From IMG/VR virus record IMGVR_UViG_3300033148_004740, positions 1 through 64,000 of that record: a DNA stretch of 64,000 nucleotides, one strand, 5' to 3'. How positions within the stretch are numbered: position 1 is the stretch's first letter; each line of letters begins with the position of its first letter. Under the pieces are notes generated by a model. The model was not told the DNA's origin and did no database searches. It saw nothing but the letters and a program-made list of their open reading frames with translations. A program made the translations under genes and the position numbers. This DNA comes from a virus. Positions 1 through 9,647 of this stretch are shown here, one piece after another.

Positions 1-2
1 CT

Positions 3-242
3 GAAGACGGAGAATGGATCTGGCAAACATTCGGTAAGGACGCATCACTAGATTGCCTACTCGGCTGTCTTAAACATGCTGATCGTCAGCTCAGTCTCAT
101 CTATGATACCAACACAGGACGTGGAGAGAAGAGACTTCACGAAGTAGGACTAGCGGTCCTCCAAGTAGGAGAGACACTAGCTAACAAGATGGACCAACTT
201 CTACAAGCAGCTGGCGTCAGGAGAAAAGGGACTGACGTCTAA
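3..242 (+). CDS. 3' end of hypothetical protein, truncated by window edge
   Basis: Frame 3 is open from base 3 (EDGEWIWQTFG...RRKGTDV) to TAA at 240-242, which overlaps the RNR ATG (TAATG). Confidence 0.6.
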   Translation, partial: EDGEWIWQTFGKDASLDCLLGCLKHADRQLSLIYDTNTGRGEKRLHEVGLAVLQVGETLANKMDQLLQAAGVRRKGTDV

Positions 243-3145
243 TGAGCGAGTTCAAGCTCCAGGAATCTTTCCTGGAAGAGTTCAAGGGAAAGCAGCCTAG
301 CTGGGGACCGCTTGGGTACATTACATTCAAGCGTACCTATGCTAGGCCTGTCCCTGGAAAAGATCGTACCGAAGAGTTTTGGGAGACAATCTCTCGTGTA
401 GTCGAAGGAACCTATGAGGTTCAGAAAGTCTACTGCGAGGGACTTAAGCTCCCATGGAACGGGTTGAAGGCCCAGTACTCAGCACAGGAGATGTTCCGGC
501 TCATGTGGGAGATGAAGTTTCTCCCACCAGGCCGAGGTCTCTGGATGATGGGGACAGACTTCGTCAAGAAGAAGGGCTCAGCTGCGTTGAACAACTGTTT
601 TAGTGGTGACACAAAATTCTTTGGTCACGATGCACTAATGACTCTAAGAGATGCTGCTGAAGCAGGTGAAATCAAAGTTCGTACTTATGATGGCAGGCTG
701 AAGTCTGCTACTGTACAAAGCTTTGGTAAGCAACCTACTCAGGCAATAGTCTTTAAGCCTTGCGGGCGACGCAGTAACTTTAATCTGGAATATGTAGCTA
801 CACCAAATCATAACTGGATCCTCTCAGATGGGTCAAGAACAACGTCACTACAAGTAGGAGACAAAGTAACGATTACTCCCTATAAGAGTAAACCAGATCC
901 ATCCAAGGACGTATTCTATTCTTGGAGTGAAGAATACCAGCATGGTTTTGTACATGGTTTAATATTCGGCGATGGAACACGACATACCTACTACCCTGAC
1001 AGACACTTTATTAGACTCTGTGGAGAAAAAAATAAGAAATATACTCGTATCCTTGAAAGAATCACGGGTTATATCTCTACCACATCACCCCCTAGTTATA
1101 ATGGAGATCAGGTAGTTACAATAAAATCAGCCAAAAACCTAAAGAGATTACCAGAAGATACCGACACTCTAGAATATAGACAAGGGTTTCTAGACGGCTG
1201 GATAGCTGCTGATGGTCATACCAAAGAGAATGGAGGGAGTGTAGGACTAGACTCACAAAACCATGAGGCTATCGACTGGGCCATCGAAAGAGCCCCACTA
1301 CTAGGCTATTGTGTCACGGGAGACTACTACAGTCCAGTAATGGAAACAAATCTCGGAATAAGATCAGCTCCTATCAGAAGACTATCTTTATCTCGCAAAG
1401 CGATTACATACATAGTGAAGGAAATTCACGAGCTAGAAGAGAAAGAAGTCTTCTGTGTAACAGAGCCAGATTCATCCAGTTTCACGTTAGAAGGAGGCAT
1501 GCCTACTGGAAACTGTAGCTTTGTCTCTACTAAGAACATCAACATAGAGTACTCAGAACCGTTCTGTTTCCTCATGGACATGAGCATGCTCGGAGTAGGA
1601 GTAGGTTCAGATACCAAGGGAGCAGGAAAGATAAAGATCAAGGAGCCCAGGTATAGTGATTGTACGATGGTTGTGGATGACTCGAGAGAAGGATGGGTCG
1701 AGCTCGCTAGAGTCTACATCGATGCTTACTTCGGAAGAGGAAGTATCCCCAAGACAATTGACTATTCCGGGGTTCGTCCCTACGGAGCCTCTATCAATGG
1801 CTTCGGAGGAACAGCCAGTGGCCCTGCGCCACTTGAGCAACTCACCAAAGACATCCCAGATATTCTCAGCCCTCTCATCGACGACCATATCAGTAGTCAG
1901 GCAATCGTAGATCTGTTCAATGCTATAGGGAGATGTGTTGTCTCAGGGAACGTCCGTCGTTCAGCAGAGATAATGCTGGGAGATCCAGAAGATGAAAACT
2001 ATCTCGACCTCAAAGATCCCGAGAAGAATCAAGAGTACATCGACAAATGGAGATGGACTAGTAACAACAGTGTCTATGCCGAAGTAGGTATGGAGTATGG
2101 TGGCCTAGCTAAGAGAACAGCTAAGAACGGTGAGCCTGGATACTTCTGGCTCGACACAGCACGTCGGTATGGCCGGCTATGTGATCCACCGAACAAGAAG
2201 GATCGTTTGGCCGAAGGCTGCAACCCCTGCAGCGAACAGACACTCGAATCCTACGAGCTCTGTTGCCTAGTCGAAACCTTCCCCGCCAGACACGAAGACC
2301 TAGAGAGCTATAAGCGTACACTGAAGTTTGCATATCTCTATGCAAAAACAGTCACCTTACTACCGACTCACAACGGCCGTACCAATGCCGTCATGCTGCG
2401 CAACAGACGCATCGGGACCTCCCAGTCTGGAATTGCTCAGGCAATCACTCTCAGGGGCATCAGGGAGCACCTGAGGTGGTGTGACGAAGGGTACCACTTC
2501 ATCAAAGACCTCGACGAAGACTACTCCGGCTGGCTCTGTGTTCCTAGGTCGATTAAGGTAACAAGCGTCAAGCCATCAGGAACAGTCAGTATGTTACCAG
2601 GAGCAACCCCTGGTATTCACTTCCCTTACGCAGAATACTACTGGAGAACTATCCGCATGGATAGAGGTTCACAGTTAGTAGAAGCATTGCAGCGATCAGG
2701 ATATAGAATAGAAGACAGTGACGGTGAAGGGGTCAACACCGTGATTATCTACTTCCCTGTAAAAGAGGATAATTTTTTCAAGAGTAGAGCAGACCTAACA
2801 ATTTGGGAGCAACTAGAGTTAGTTGCACAGATGCAGTACTACTGGGCAGACAACCAGGTATCAGTCACAGTCACCTTCAAACCAGAAGAAGCAGAACAAA
2901 TACAGAGAGCTCTTTCGCTCTATGAAACACGACTGAAAGCAGTCAGCTTCCTTCCTCTCGAGGGTCACGGATTCAAACATGCTCCCTATCAGCCGATTAC
3001 AAAAGAGGAGTACGAGCGGGCTATTAAGAAGTTGAAGCCATTGAAGCTAAAGAAGGTAAATGAAACAGACGGGTTCGAGAGCAAGTATTGCGACTCAGAC
3101 CGATGTGAGCTAGTACCGCCAGAAGGTAATGCAAAGGTACGATAA
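242..3145 (+). CDS. nrdJ: Class II (adenosylcobalamin-dependent, RTPR-type) ribonucleotide reductase with intein
   Basis: Motifs FKRTYAR, FLPPGRGLW, NNC|SFV (redox Cys), NVRRSAEI, NPCSEQ (thiyl-radical Cys), KPSGTVS, and C-terminal YCDSDRC redox pair. Confidence 0.95.
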   Translation: MSEFKLQESFLEEFKGKQPSWGPLGYITFKRTYARPVPGKDRTEEFWETISRVVEGTYEVQKVYCEGLKLPWNGLKAQYSAQEMFRLMWEMKFLPPGRGLWMMGTDFVKKKGSAALNNCFSGDTKFFGHDALMTLRDAAEAGEIKVRTYDGRLKSATVQSFGKQPTQAIVFKPCGRRSNFNLEYVATPNHNWILSDGSRTTSLQVGDKVTITPYKSKPDPSKDVFYSWSEEYQHGFVHGLIFGDGTRHTYYPDRHFIRLCGEKNKKYTRILERITGYISTTSPPSYNGDQVVTIKSAKNLKRLPEDTDTLEYRQGFLDGWIAADGHTKENGGSVGLDSQNHEAIDWAIERAPLLGYCVTGDYYSPVMETNLGIRSAPIRRLSLSRKAITYIVKEIHELEEKEVFCVTEPDSSSFTLEGGMPTGNCSFVSTKNINIEYSEPFCFLMDMSMLGVGVGSDTKGAGKIKIKEPRYSDCTMVVDDSREGWVELARVYIDAYFGRGSIPKTIDYSGVRPYGASINGFGGTASGPAPLEQLTKDIPDILSPLIDDHISSQAIVDLFNAIGRCVVSGNVRRSAEIMLGDPEDENYLDLKDPEKNQEYIDKWRWTSNNSVYAEVGMEYGGLAKRTAKNGEPGYFWLDTARRYGRLCDPPNKKDRLAEGCNPCSEQTLESYELCCLVETFPARHEDLESYKRTLKFAYLYAKTVTLLPTHNGRTNAVMLRNRRIGTSQSGIAQAITLRGIREHLRWCDEGYHFIKDLDEDYSGWLCVPRSIKVTSVKPSGTVSMLPGATPGIHFPYAEYYWRTIRMDRGSQLVEALQRSGYRIEDSDGEGVNTVIIYFPVKEDNFFKSRADLTIWEQLELVAQMQYYWADNQVSVTVTFKPEEAEQIQRALSLYETRLKAVSFLPLEGHGFKHAPYQPITKEEYERAIKKLKPLKLKKVNETDGFESKYCDSDRCELVPPEGNAKVR
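596..1513 (+). mobile_element. Intein (306 aa) with LAGLIDADG homing endonuclease in nrdJ
   Basis: Starts CFSGDT (block A); block B ATPNHNW; endonuclease motifs GLIFGDG and GWIAADG; ends GMPTGN followed by +1 Cys. Removing it restores ALNN-CSFV. Visibly AT-richer than the exteins. Confidence 0.93.
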
Positions 3146-3485
3146 AGTTCACACCCACGGCACCGTCTCGTTCCTACTGAACACCTACATCCCCAACATA
3201 GAGGAATATAGATTCCTTATCCTAAAAGTAGTCGAGCAATCCGTTCGAGACTATCTTCTTCTGTCGCGCTCTGATCTGCCTAGTGATATCTATCTATGGA
3301 AAACGGCTGCCAGTTTCATCTTCGATAGCGAACATAAAATCATGTGGGGTGATCTCGAAATGTCTTTAGAGGATCTGTTGGATGTGGTAGATATTGATGT
3401 CATCTGGTTTCGCGAGAAAGTAGCCAGAAGATACCAACAGAAACACGGAGAAGATCATGGCACAGAAGAAGAAAGACAAAGATGA
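3129..3485 (+). CDS. Hypothetical protein (118 aa)
   Basis: ORF overlaps both neighbours; no family recognised. Confidence 0.6.
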   Translation: MQRYDKVHTHGTVSFLLNTYIPNIEEYRFLILKVVEQSVRDYLLLSRSDLPSDIYLWKTAASFIFDSEHKIMWGDLEMSLEDLLDVVDIDVIWFREKVARRYQQKHGEDHGTEEERQR

Positions 3486-4503
3486 GGCAGCTAAACCCGA
3501 GAAGATAGATCCTCAGGAAGCAGCCCTAGAACTAGCACTTAGTGTACTAGATAAAGAACTCGGTAAGGGAATAATTCAGATGGCAGAGGGGCCGGCTCTT
3601 AAGGACGTGCTCTATTTTCCTTCAGGATGCCCTTCTCTCAACAAGGCCCTTAGTGGCAGCTACCACAATGGCTATGCAAGAGGCCGAGTGATAGAAGTGT
3701 TTGGCCCGGAATCCAGCGGGAAGACTACGCTGGCCCTTCATGCAGCAGCAGAAATCCAGAAGCTAGGTGAACGAGCTGCCTTCGTTGATGTTGAGCACGC
3801 ACTAGACATCAGCTATGCGAAAGCTCTAGGAATAGATGCAAACAAGCTATTAATTTCTCAGCCAGATTGTGGTGAAGACGCTCTCAATGTGGTCCTCCAA
3901 CTTGCTAAGAGTGGAGCACTGAGCCTCATGGTAGTAGACTCAGTAGCTGCCCTTACCCCTAGGGCAGAGCTCGAGGGTGATATTGGTGATACACATGTGG
4001 GACGTCAAGCAAGGCTTATGTCCCAAGCTATGAGAATGCTTCACGGAGTCTGCTATAAAACAAAAACTAGCATCATGTTCATCAATCAGATCCGCATGAA
4101 GATCGGCGTCATGTTCGGCAGCCCTGAGACCACCACTGGTGGCAACGCACTCAAGTTCTACTCAAGCCAACGTCTAGACATCAGGAGAATCGGCGGAGTA
4201 AAAGGGAACGACAAAAACGAGATCAGTGGAGAGAAAGAATATGTGGCCAACGCAACCCGGGTCAAGGTGGTTAAGAACAAGGTGTCTCCTCCATTCAAAG
4301 AGACCGAGTTTGAAATCGAGTACGGTAAGGGGATCAACGTAATGAAAGATCTTCTCAAGATTGGAGTAGCCAAGGACATCATCGAGAAGAGTGGTGCCTG
4401 GTACTCTTATGGGACAGACAGGCTAGGTCAGGGAGAGGCAAACACAGTGGAGACTCTCCGTAACACTCCAGAGTTAGTAAAGAAAATTAAGGCTGCACTA
4501 TGA
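3457..4503 (+). CDS. recA: RecA recombinase
   Basis: [16 protein letters not shown] Walker [49 protein letters not shown]. Confidence 0.98.
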   Translation: MAQKKKDKDEAAKPEKIDPQEAALELALSVLDKELGKGIIQMAEGPALKDVLYFPSGCPSLNKALSGSYHNGYARGRVIEVFGPESSGKTTLALHAAAEIQKLGERAAFVDVEHALDISYAKALGIDANKLLISQPDCGEDALNVVLQLAKSGALSLMVVDSVAALTPRAELEGDIGDTHVGRQARLMSQAMRMLHGVCYKTKTSIMFINQIRMKIGVMFGSPETTTGGNALKFYSSQRLDIRRIGGVKGNDKNEISGEKEYVANATRVKVVKNKVSPPFKETEFEIEYGKGINVMKDLLKIGVAKDIIEKSGAWYSYGTDRLGQGEANTVETLRNTPELVKKIKAAL

Positions 4504-4730
4504 AATCATCAAAACAATGGGTAACAGATTGGTTTGGAATTGCGCCGGGGCTCTCCCCTGTTGCTCCACCATCAGTTGACATGCTCGTTAACTTTGCGGA
4601 GGCTATTCGCAGAGAGTATAGCGGACTACTGTCAGAGGTAGCTGTTAAGCTACGAGAAGATGATGCTTCGAACAGCTGTGAGAAGTGGGGAGACCTAATT
4701 AGTGCCATCGACGAAGCCACCAGAGAGTAA
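4500..4730 (+). CDS. Hypothetical protein (76 aa)
   Basis: ATGA overlap with the recA stop; fills the gap to the PHP gene. Confidence 0.55.
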   Translation: MKSSKQWVTDWFGIAPGLSPVAPPSVDMLVNFAEAIRREYSGLLSEVAVKLREDDASNSCEKWGDLISAIDEATRE

Positions 4731-5706
4731 CTTCTGCCACCTCCATCTGCATACTGAGTACAGTATACTAGACGGAGTCAGTAAGGTAGAAGACGTAGCT
4801 AAGCAAGCCAAGAAACTTGGGATGAGATACTGTGCCATCACCGACCATGGTGTGCTGCACGGAATCATCGAGTTCTACAAGGCCTGCAAGAAGGAGGGCA
4901 TCAAGCCTATCCTTGGCTGCGAAGCCTATGTCACCGACGATCCAGACTTCCTTACTAAAGAGGAGATGACCAGGGACAATCGACACCTGGTCCTCCTAGT
5001 ACAGAACGAGACAGGGCTCAAGAACCTGATATGGCTGAGCAACAACGCACAGTTCAACAACTTCTATTACAAGCCTAGAATCTTTTGGGAGCACCTGAAA
5101 GCTAGATCCGAAGGCCTGGTAGCAATGTCCGCCTGCTTAGGAGGAATCCTGGGCAAGGGTGGAGAGTTCAACGACCAAGGCATCTTCTCTGACCCACTCA
5201 AGGGAGCAGAGGTATGGGGCGGCCGGATGATAGAAGCGTTTGGCCAGAACTTTTACATTGAGATCCAAGACCATGACATCGAGCAACAGCGTTCATTCAA
5301 CCAGTGGGCTATCAAGCTAGCGAAGAGAATACAGGCTCCACTAGTCATCACCTCTGACTGTCATTACCTCACAGAAGAAGACAAGGCAACACATGATCTC
5401 ATCATGGCACAGCAGATGGGGATGACGTTAGCTGAGCTTAAAGAGATGAATATGCGCGGCAACTATGAGAGATCAGATCTATCGATGAGGACACCAGATA
5501 GTCTATACAGATCAGCAGTCGAGATGGGGGCAGAGGAAGCCTTCGAGAACACTGGAAAGATTGCTGATAGTTGTAACGTCGAGCTCAAGCTAGGCAGTTA
5601 CGAGACACCAGAATTTAAGGTGGAAGACACTAACGACTACGAAGCTTTCCTGCTGTGGCAGAAAGACAAGTGTAGTATACTCGATCAACCTGATGAGCCA
5701 GCTTAA
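4702..5706 (+). CDS. dnaE: Stand-alone PHP domain of DNA polymerase III alpha (N-terminal part of split DnaE)
   Basis: HLHLHTEYSILDG, ITDHG, GCEAY, RHLVLL, YYKPRI, SACLGG, TSDCHY; stops at TAA 5704-5706. GTG start. Confidence 0.92.
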   Translation: MPSTKPPESNFCHLHLHTEYSILDGVSKVEDVAKQAKKLGMRYCAITDHGVLHGIIEFYKACKKEGIKPILGCEAYVTDDPDFLTKEEMTRDNRHLVLLVQNETGLKNLIWLSNNAQFNNFYYKPRIFWEHLKARSEGLVAMSACLGGILGKGGEFNDQGIFSDPLKGAEVWGGRMIEAFGQNFYIEIQDHDIEQQRSFNQWAIKLAKRIQAPLVITSDCHYLTEEDKATHDLIMAQQMGMTLAELKEMNMRGNYERSDLSMRTPDSLYRSAVEMGAEEAFENTGKIADSCNVELKLGSYETPEFKVEDTNDYEAFLLWQKDKCSILDQPDEPA

Positions 5707-8700
5707 CGATTACTTTGCCTACCGATGTGAGAGAGGCCTTTATGACCGAGGCTTCAATGACAATCCTGAATATACAAGTCGCCTGGAGTTTGAGATGAAG
5801 ACCATCATCAAGATGGGCTTCGCTGGATACTTCCTCATCGTTCAAGACTTCATCCAATGGGCAAGAGACAACGACATCTATGTTGGTCCTGGTCGCGGTA
5901 GTGCAGCTGGGAGTCTTGTCTCCTACTGCCTCACCATCACAGACATGGACCCAATCAGGTGGGGGCTTCTGTTCGAGAGGTTCCTCAATCCATCTCGTAT
6001 CTCTATGCCTGACATCGATGTGGACTTTGAGAAGGGACCACGCGAGAAGGTAATCCAGTACGTCATAGAGAAGTACGGGGTCGACAGAGTAGCTCACATT
6101 GGTACCTTCAACATGAAGAGAGCCAAGGCCTCTGTCAGAAGCATCGCTAAGATCCTCGGTCATCCCTATGCAGTAGGTGATCAGCTAGCCAAGCTCTGTC
6201 TTGCTCCTGTCCACGGGAAGGGTGTACCTCTGTCCGATAGCATCAAGAGAGTCCCAGAGCTCAATGCTTACCGTCGTACAAATTCAACACAAGGGGAGGT
6301 CCTTCGATGGGCAGAAAAGGTGGAGGATCATATAAGCAATGTGGGTGTCCACGCCTCCGGTGTGGTAATCAGCAATACGGACATGACGAGCAGCGTCCCC
6401 CTGTTTCTCGGAAAAGGCGGAGAAAGAACGACCCAATGGGAGATGAACAACATCGAGGAAGTGGGTCTGATCAAGTTCGACTTTCTGGGGCTGGATGCTC
6501 TGACGAAGATTCATGATTGCGTAGATCTAGTTCGCGAACAGCATGATGTGAGAATATGCATCAGAGACATAGACATCAAAGATGACGAGGTCTATGAGAA
6601 GCTGCGTAGCGGAGACCAGGTAGGCATCTTCCAGCTGGAAGCTAGCGGAGGTATGCAGGACCTATTGGTACAGATTCGCCCAACATGCCTTGATGATCTC
6701 ACGGCTCTAGTGGCAATCTACCGGCCAGGTCCGATGACCTCAGCCTACAAGGATACATACTTAGAGGTACGCGCAGGCAATCGGCTAGCAGAGTATCTGG
6801 TTCCAGAACTCGAATCTATCCTTTCCCCAACCAATGGCTGGCTAATCTACCAAGAACAATGTTGTCCCGAAGGCTCCCCCATCTGGACTGACAAAGGTCC
6901 CGTCTCGATAGAAGACATTAAAACAGGGGACAAGGTACAGGTATGTGGATATTATGACGAAGTAACTGACACAGCCTATACTGGAATGAAAGAATGTTTA
7001 GAGATAGAAACTTCTGCTGGAGTCTTCTCGTGTACACCAGACCATAAGGTGCTAGCCTATAATCCTCTAACTAATTCAGATGAATTCATAGAGGCTTCTT
7101 CCCTAAAAGAATCACAGCTTATTCGCAAGGTGAGTATAAACCATATGTGCAATACTTCCCTTGCATTTGAGGCGGACCAGACAGACCTGATAGGAGAATC
7201 TTACCGAGTAGGAGTTCTTCTCGGAGATGGGTGTGTCACCAAAAGCTGTACAATAGCTACAGGGACACAAGAATTTGCTGATTATCTAGCTAAGGTTTTC
7301 AAACCATGGGGAGAAGTAGTAAAATATTTTCACGAAAGATGCTGGTATATAAGTGTTAAAAGAAAGGGAGGAAGGGGACCATCAGTTAAAAAAGGAGAAT
7401 TCCGGTCCCCAGTAATGGAGAAACTAAACGAGTATAGATTGTTAGGAAAAACAGCACAAGAGAAACGAATTCCTTCTTTTGTAAGACAAAGTAAATCGTT
7501 ACTGGCGGCTTGTATACGAGGATTGATAGATACTGATGGCTCTGTTCTCCCAGGAAAACCATGGCATATAACCAGCACTTCTCCCCAATTAATCAATGAT
7601 ATTAGTTGGGCCATGAACCAACTAGGGATCAGTCATGTTACTCGAACTAATCGTATATACTTCAGTAACCTTGAACAACTCCGTTGGACAGAATATGGTT
7701 TCAAGAGTTTACCTTATGAGGGCAGAGAAGATGAATCACAAGTCTATCCGCGCAAACGTATCAACTCTTTTATAGACCGAAGAAGAAAACAAACAGAGTC
7801 AATTAAAGATGCTTGTTTCAGGCAAAACTACAGTTATGACAAATATAACAGCAAGCTTCCCTGGATCAGGAAAAGCTCTATCCCTAGTCTGATACTGACA
7901 CAGTTACAAATAGAAGAATCTCCATTTTATACCTATGTAAAAAATATCCAGCACGCTGGAACAAGAAGAGTATATGACATTACTACCAAGCATTCACACC
8001 AGTTCAATGTGTCAGGACATATAGTTCACAACTGCATGCACATCGCTAAGAACCTCTGTGGATACACAGGAGCTGAAGCTGATGATCTGCGCAAGGCTAT
8101 TGGAAAGAAGATCCCAGAGAAGATGGCCAAGCATGAGCCTAAGTTCAAAGAGGGCTGGGTCAAGAATGGTCTTCCCAAAGCAGAGGGCAACACTCTATGG
8201 GAGGACATGGTTAGCTTCGCCAGCTATGGTTTCAATAAATCACACGCTGCTGCCTATGCCATGATCACCTACCAGACTGCCTGGCTAAAGACATACTACC
8301 CAACAGAGTACATGTGCGCAGCTATGATCTCTGATGCAGGTGACAAAGATCAGATGATCAAGTACCTGGCCGAGTGCAAGAGACTAGGCATCAAGGTCCT
8401 CCCACCTGACATCAATAACAGCAGGGCCACGTTCCACGTTGACGGGCCAGAGCTAGTCAGGTTCGGGCTAGGTCCTATCAAGAACCTGGGGGCTGGCTCC
8501 CTTGATATCATCAAGGAGAGGACAGAGGGTGGCCTCTTCACAGACATCCGTAACTTCTGTGAGAGAGTAGACACCAGTGCTGTCAACAGCAAGAAGGTAG
8601 ACTCCCTCATCAAGGCTGGAGCCTTTGACAGCTTCGGTGTGACTCGTGCAGCTCTGCTTGCTTCCATCCCTCTCATCTGGGAGCACAAGAAGCAACAGAA

Positions 8701-9502
8701 GGCCTACTCGAGTAAGCTGAACACATATGCAAAGAAGCTGGCAGCATGTGAGCAACGAGAGAAAGACATTGAAGATGGGAAGCTCTCTGAGAAAGGGAAG
8801 AAGCTCCGTACTCTCAAGCCTCCTGTGAGACCAGTCCCACCAGCATGGCCAGAGCTATCCGAGCTCGACGAGTCTCCCAAAGAAATCATTCAAGCGGATG
8901 AGCATGACCTCCTCGGCTTCTACGTCTCGTCCCACCCGTTGGATGGAGTGATGACAGGAGCGTTTGGCCAGAAGTTCAATGCTATTGAAGACGTCAAGCA
9001 AATGAACACTGGGACGAAAGTTTCGTTAGCGGTGGTTATTACCAAGCACAGTGAGATTACAACAGCAAAGAAGAAGAAACAAATGTCGTTCCCTACGCTA
9101 GAAGATATGACAGGGAGCATCGATTCCATTTGTTTCCCCAATGTTTATGATAAGTGTGGTCACCTACTAGATGACCCAAGACCAATGGAGATCAATGGGA
9201 GAGTAGATGTAACAGAGGCAGATGACGGTAGAATCACTAAGATAATGATCAGCAGAATAGTTCCGCTGAAAGCAGAGATCACCAGAGATATACCAGAGAG
9301 GATAGAGACAACAGTCAAGGCAACAAGAGTCAAAGACTTCTTGGCCCTGATAGAAAAGTACAAAGGAACTCTGCACGAGGTGCGAGTAGCATTCCAGACA
9401 GAGAGTGGGATGCAAGCAAGATGCCCAGTTGTAGTGAAGATAGGAAACTACAAGGGAGCATTTATGCGAGAGCTAGCAAAGTTGGACAATGAACACGAAT
9501 AA
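5693..9502 (+). CDS. dnaE: DNA polymerase III alpha catalytic core (palm/fingers/HhH/OB), PHP-less, with intein
   Basis: GPGRGSAAGSLVSY, SMPDIDVDF, HASGVVI, IKFDFLGL, YRPGP, FNKSHAAAY, LGFYVSSHP, C-terminal OB fold (LEDMTGSID). Confidence 0.97.
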   Translation: MSQLNDYFAYRCERGLYDRGFNDNPEYTSRLEFEMKTIIKMGFAGYFLIVQDFIQWARDNDIYVGPGRGSAAGSLVSYCLTITDMDPIRWGLLFERFLNPSRISMPDIDVDFEKGPREKVIQYVIEKYGVDRVAHIGTFNMKRAKASVRSIAKILGHPYAVGDQLAKLCLAPVHGKGVPLSDSIKRVPELNAYRRTNSTQGEVLRWAEKVEDHISNVGVHASGVVISNTDMTSSVPLFLGKGGERTTQWEMNNIEEVGLIKFDFLGLDALTKIHDCVDLVREQHDVRICIRDIDIKDDEVYEKLRSGDQVGIFQLEASGGMQDLLVQIRPTCLDDLTALVAIYRPGPMTSAYKDTYLEVRAGNRLAEYLVPELESILSPTNGWLIYQEQCCPEGSPIWTDKGPVSIEDIKTGDKVQVCGYYDEVTDTAYTGMKECLEIETSAGVFSCTPDHKVLAYNPLTNSDEFIEASSLKESQLIRKVSINHMCNTSLAFEADQTDLIGESYRVGVLLGDGCVTKSCTIATGTQEFADYLAKVFKPWGEVVKYFHERCWYISVKRKGGRGPSVKKGEFRSPVMEKLNEYRLLGKTAQEKRIPSFVRQSKSLLAACIRGLIDTDGSVLPGKPWHITSTSPQLINDISWAMNQLGISHVTRTNRIYFSNLEQLRWTEYGFKSLPYEGREDESQVYPRKRINSFIDRRRKQTESIKDACFRQNYSYDKYNSKLPWIRKSSIPSLILTQLQIEESPFYTYVKNIQHAGTRRVYDITTKHSHQFNVSGHIVHNCMHIAKNLCGYTGAEADDLRKAIGKKIPEKMAKHEPKFKEGWVKNGLPKAEGNTLWEDMVSFASYGFNKSHAAAYAMITYQTAWLKTYYPTEYMCAAMISDAGDKDQMIKYLAECKRLGIKVLPPDINNSRATFHVDGPELVRFGLGPIKNLGAGSLDIIKERTEGGLFTDIRNFCERVDTSAVNSKKVDSLIKAGAFDSFGVTRAALLASIPLIWEHKKQQKAYSSKLNTYAKKLAACEQREKDIEDGKLSEKGKKLRTLKPPVRPVPPAWPELSELDESPKEIIQADEHDLLGFYVSSHPLDGVMTGAFGQKFNAIEDVKQMNTGTKVSLAVVITKHSEITTAKKKKQMSFPTLEDMTGSIDSICFPNVYDKCGHLLDDPRPMEINGRVDVTEADDGRITKIMISRIVPLKAEITRDIPERIETTVKATRVKDFLALIEKYKGTLHEVRVAFQTESGMQARCPVVVKIGNYKGAFMRELAKLDNEHE
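6860..8032 (+). mobile_element. Intein (391 aa) with LAGLIDADG endonuclease in dnaE core
   Basis: YQEQ|CCPEGS ... CTPDHKV ... LLGDG ... RGLIDTDG ... GHIVHN|CMHIAK. Removing it restores YQEQ-CMxIA. AT-rich segment. Confidence 0.95.
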
Positions 9503-9638
9503 CATGCTCGTCCCAATGGGAATCGGTATAGCAATAGGTGGTGGACTGCTGTGGGTACTAGTAGAACTATGGCCTCTACTGCTAATTGGTGGTGGACTTC
9601 TCCTCGCATTCAAACAGATGATAAACCAGAACACCTAG
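9489..9638 (+). CDS. Small membrane protein (49 aa), not in the ORF track
   Basis: MNTNNMLVPMGIGIAIGGGLLWVLVELWPLLLIGGGLLLAFKQMINQNT*; fills the dnaE-phosphoesterase gap; two hydrophobic IGGGLL segments. Confidence 0.65.
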   Translation: MNTNNMLVPMGIGIAIGGGLLWVLVELWPLLLIGGGLLLAFKQMINQNT

Positions 9639-9647
9639 GAGCCTCCA

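Noticed and set aside
4702-5706. Trans-splicing split intein joining the DnaE halves (cyanobacterial type)
   Set aside because: No intein block A at the end of the PHP ORF and no block F/G at the start of the core ORF.
5594-5706. Programmed +1 frameshift at the dnaE junction
   Set aside because: No recognisable slippery or shift-prone codon with an internal SD; cannot be fully excluded without proteomics.
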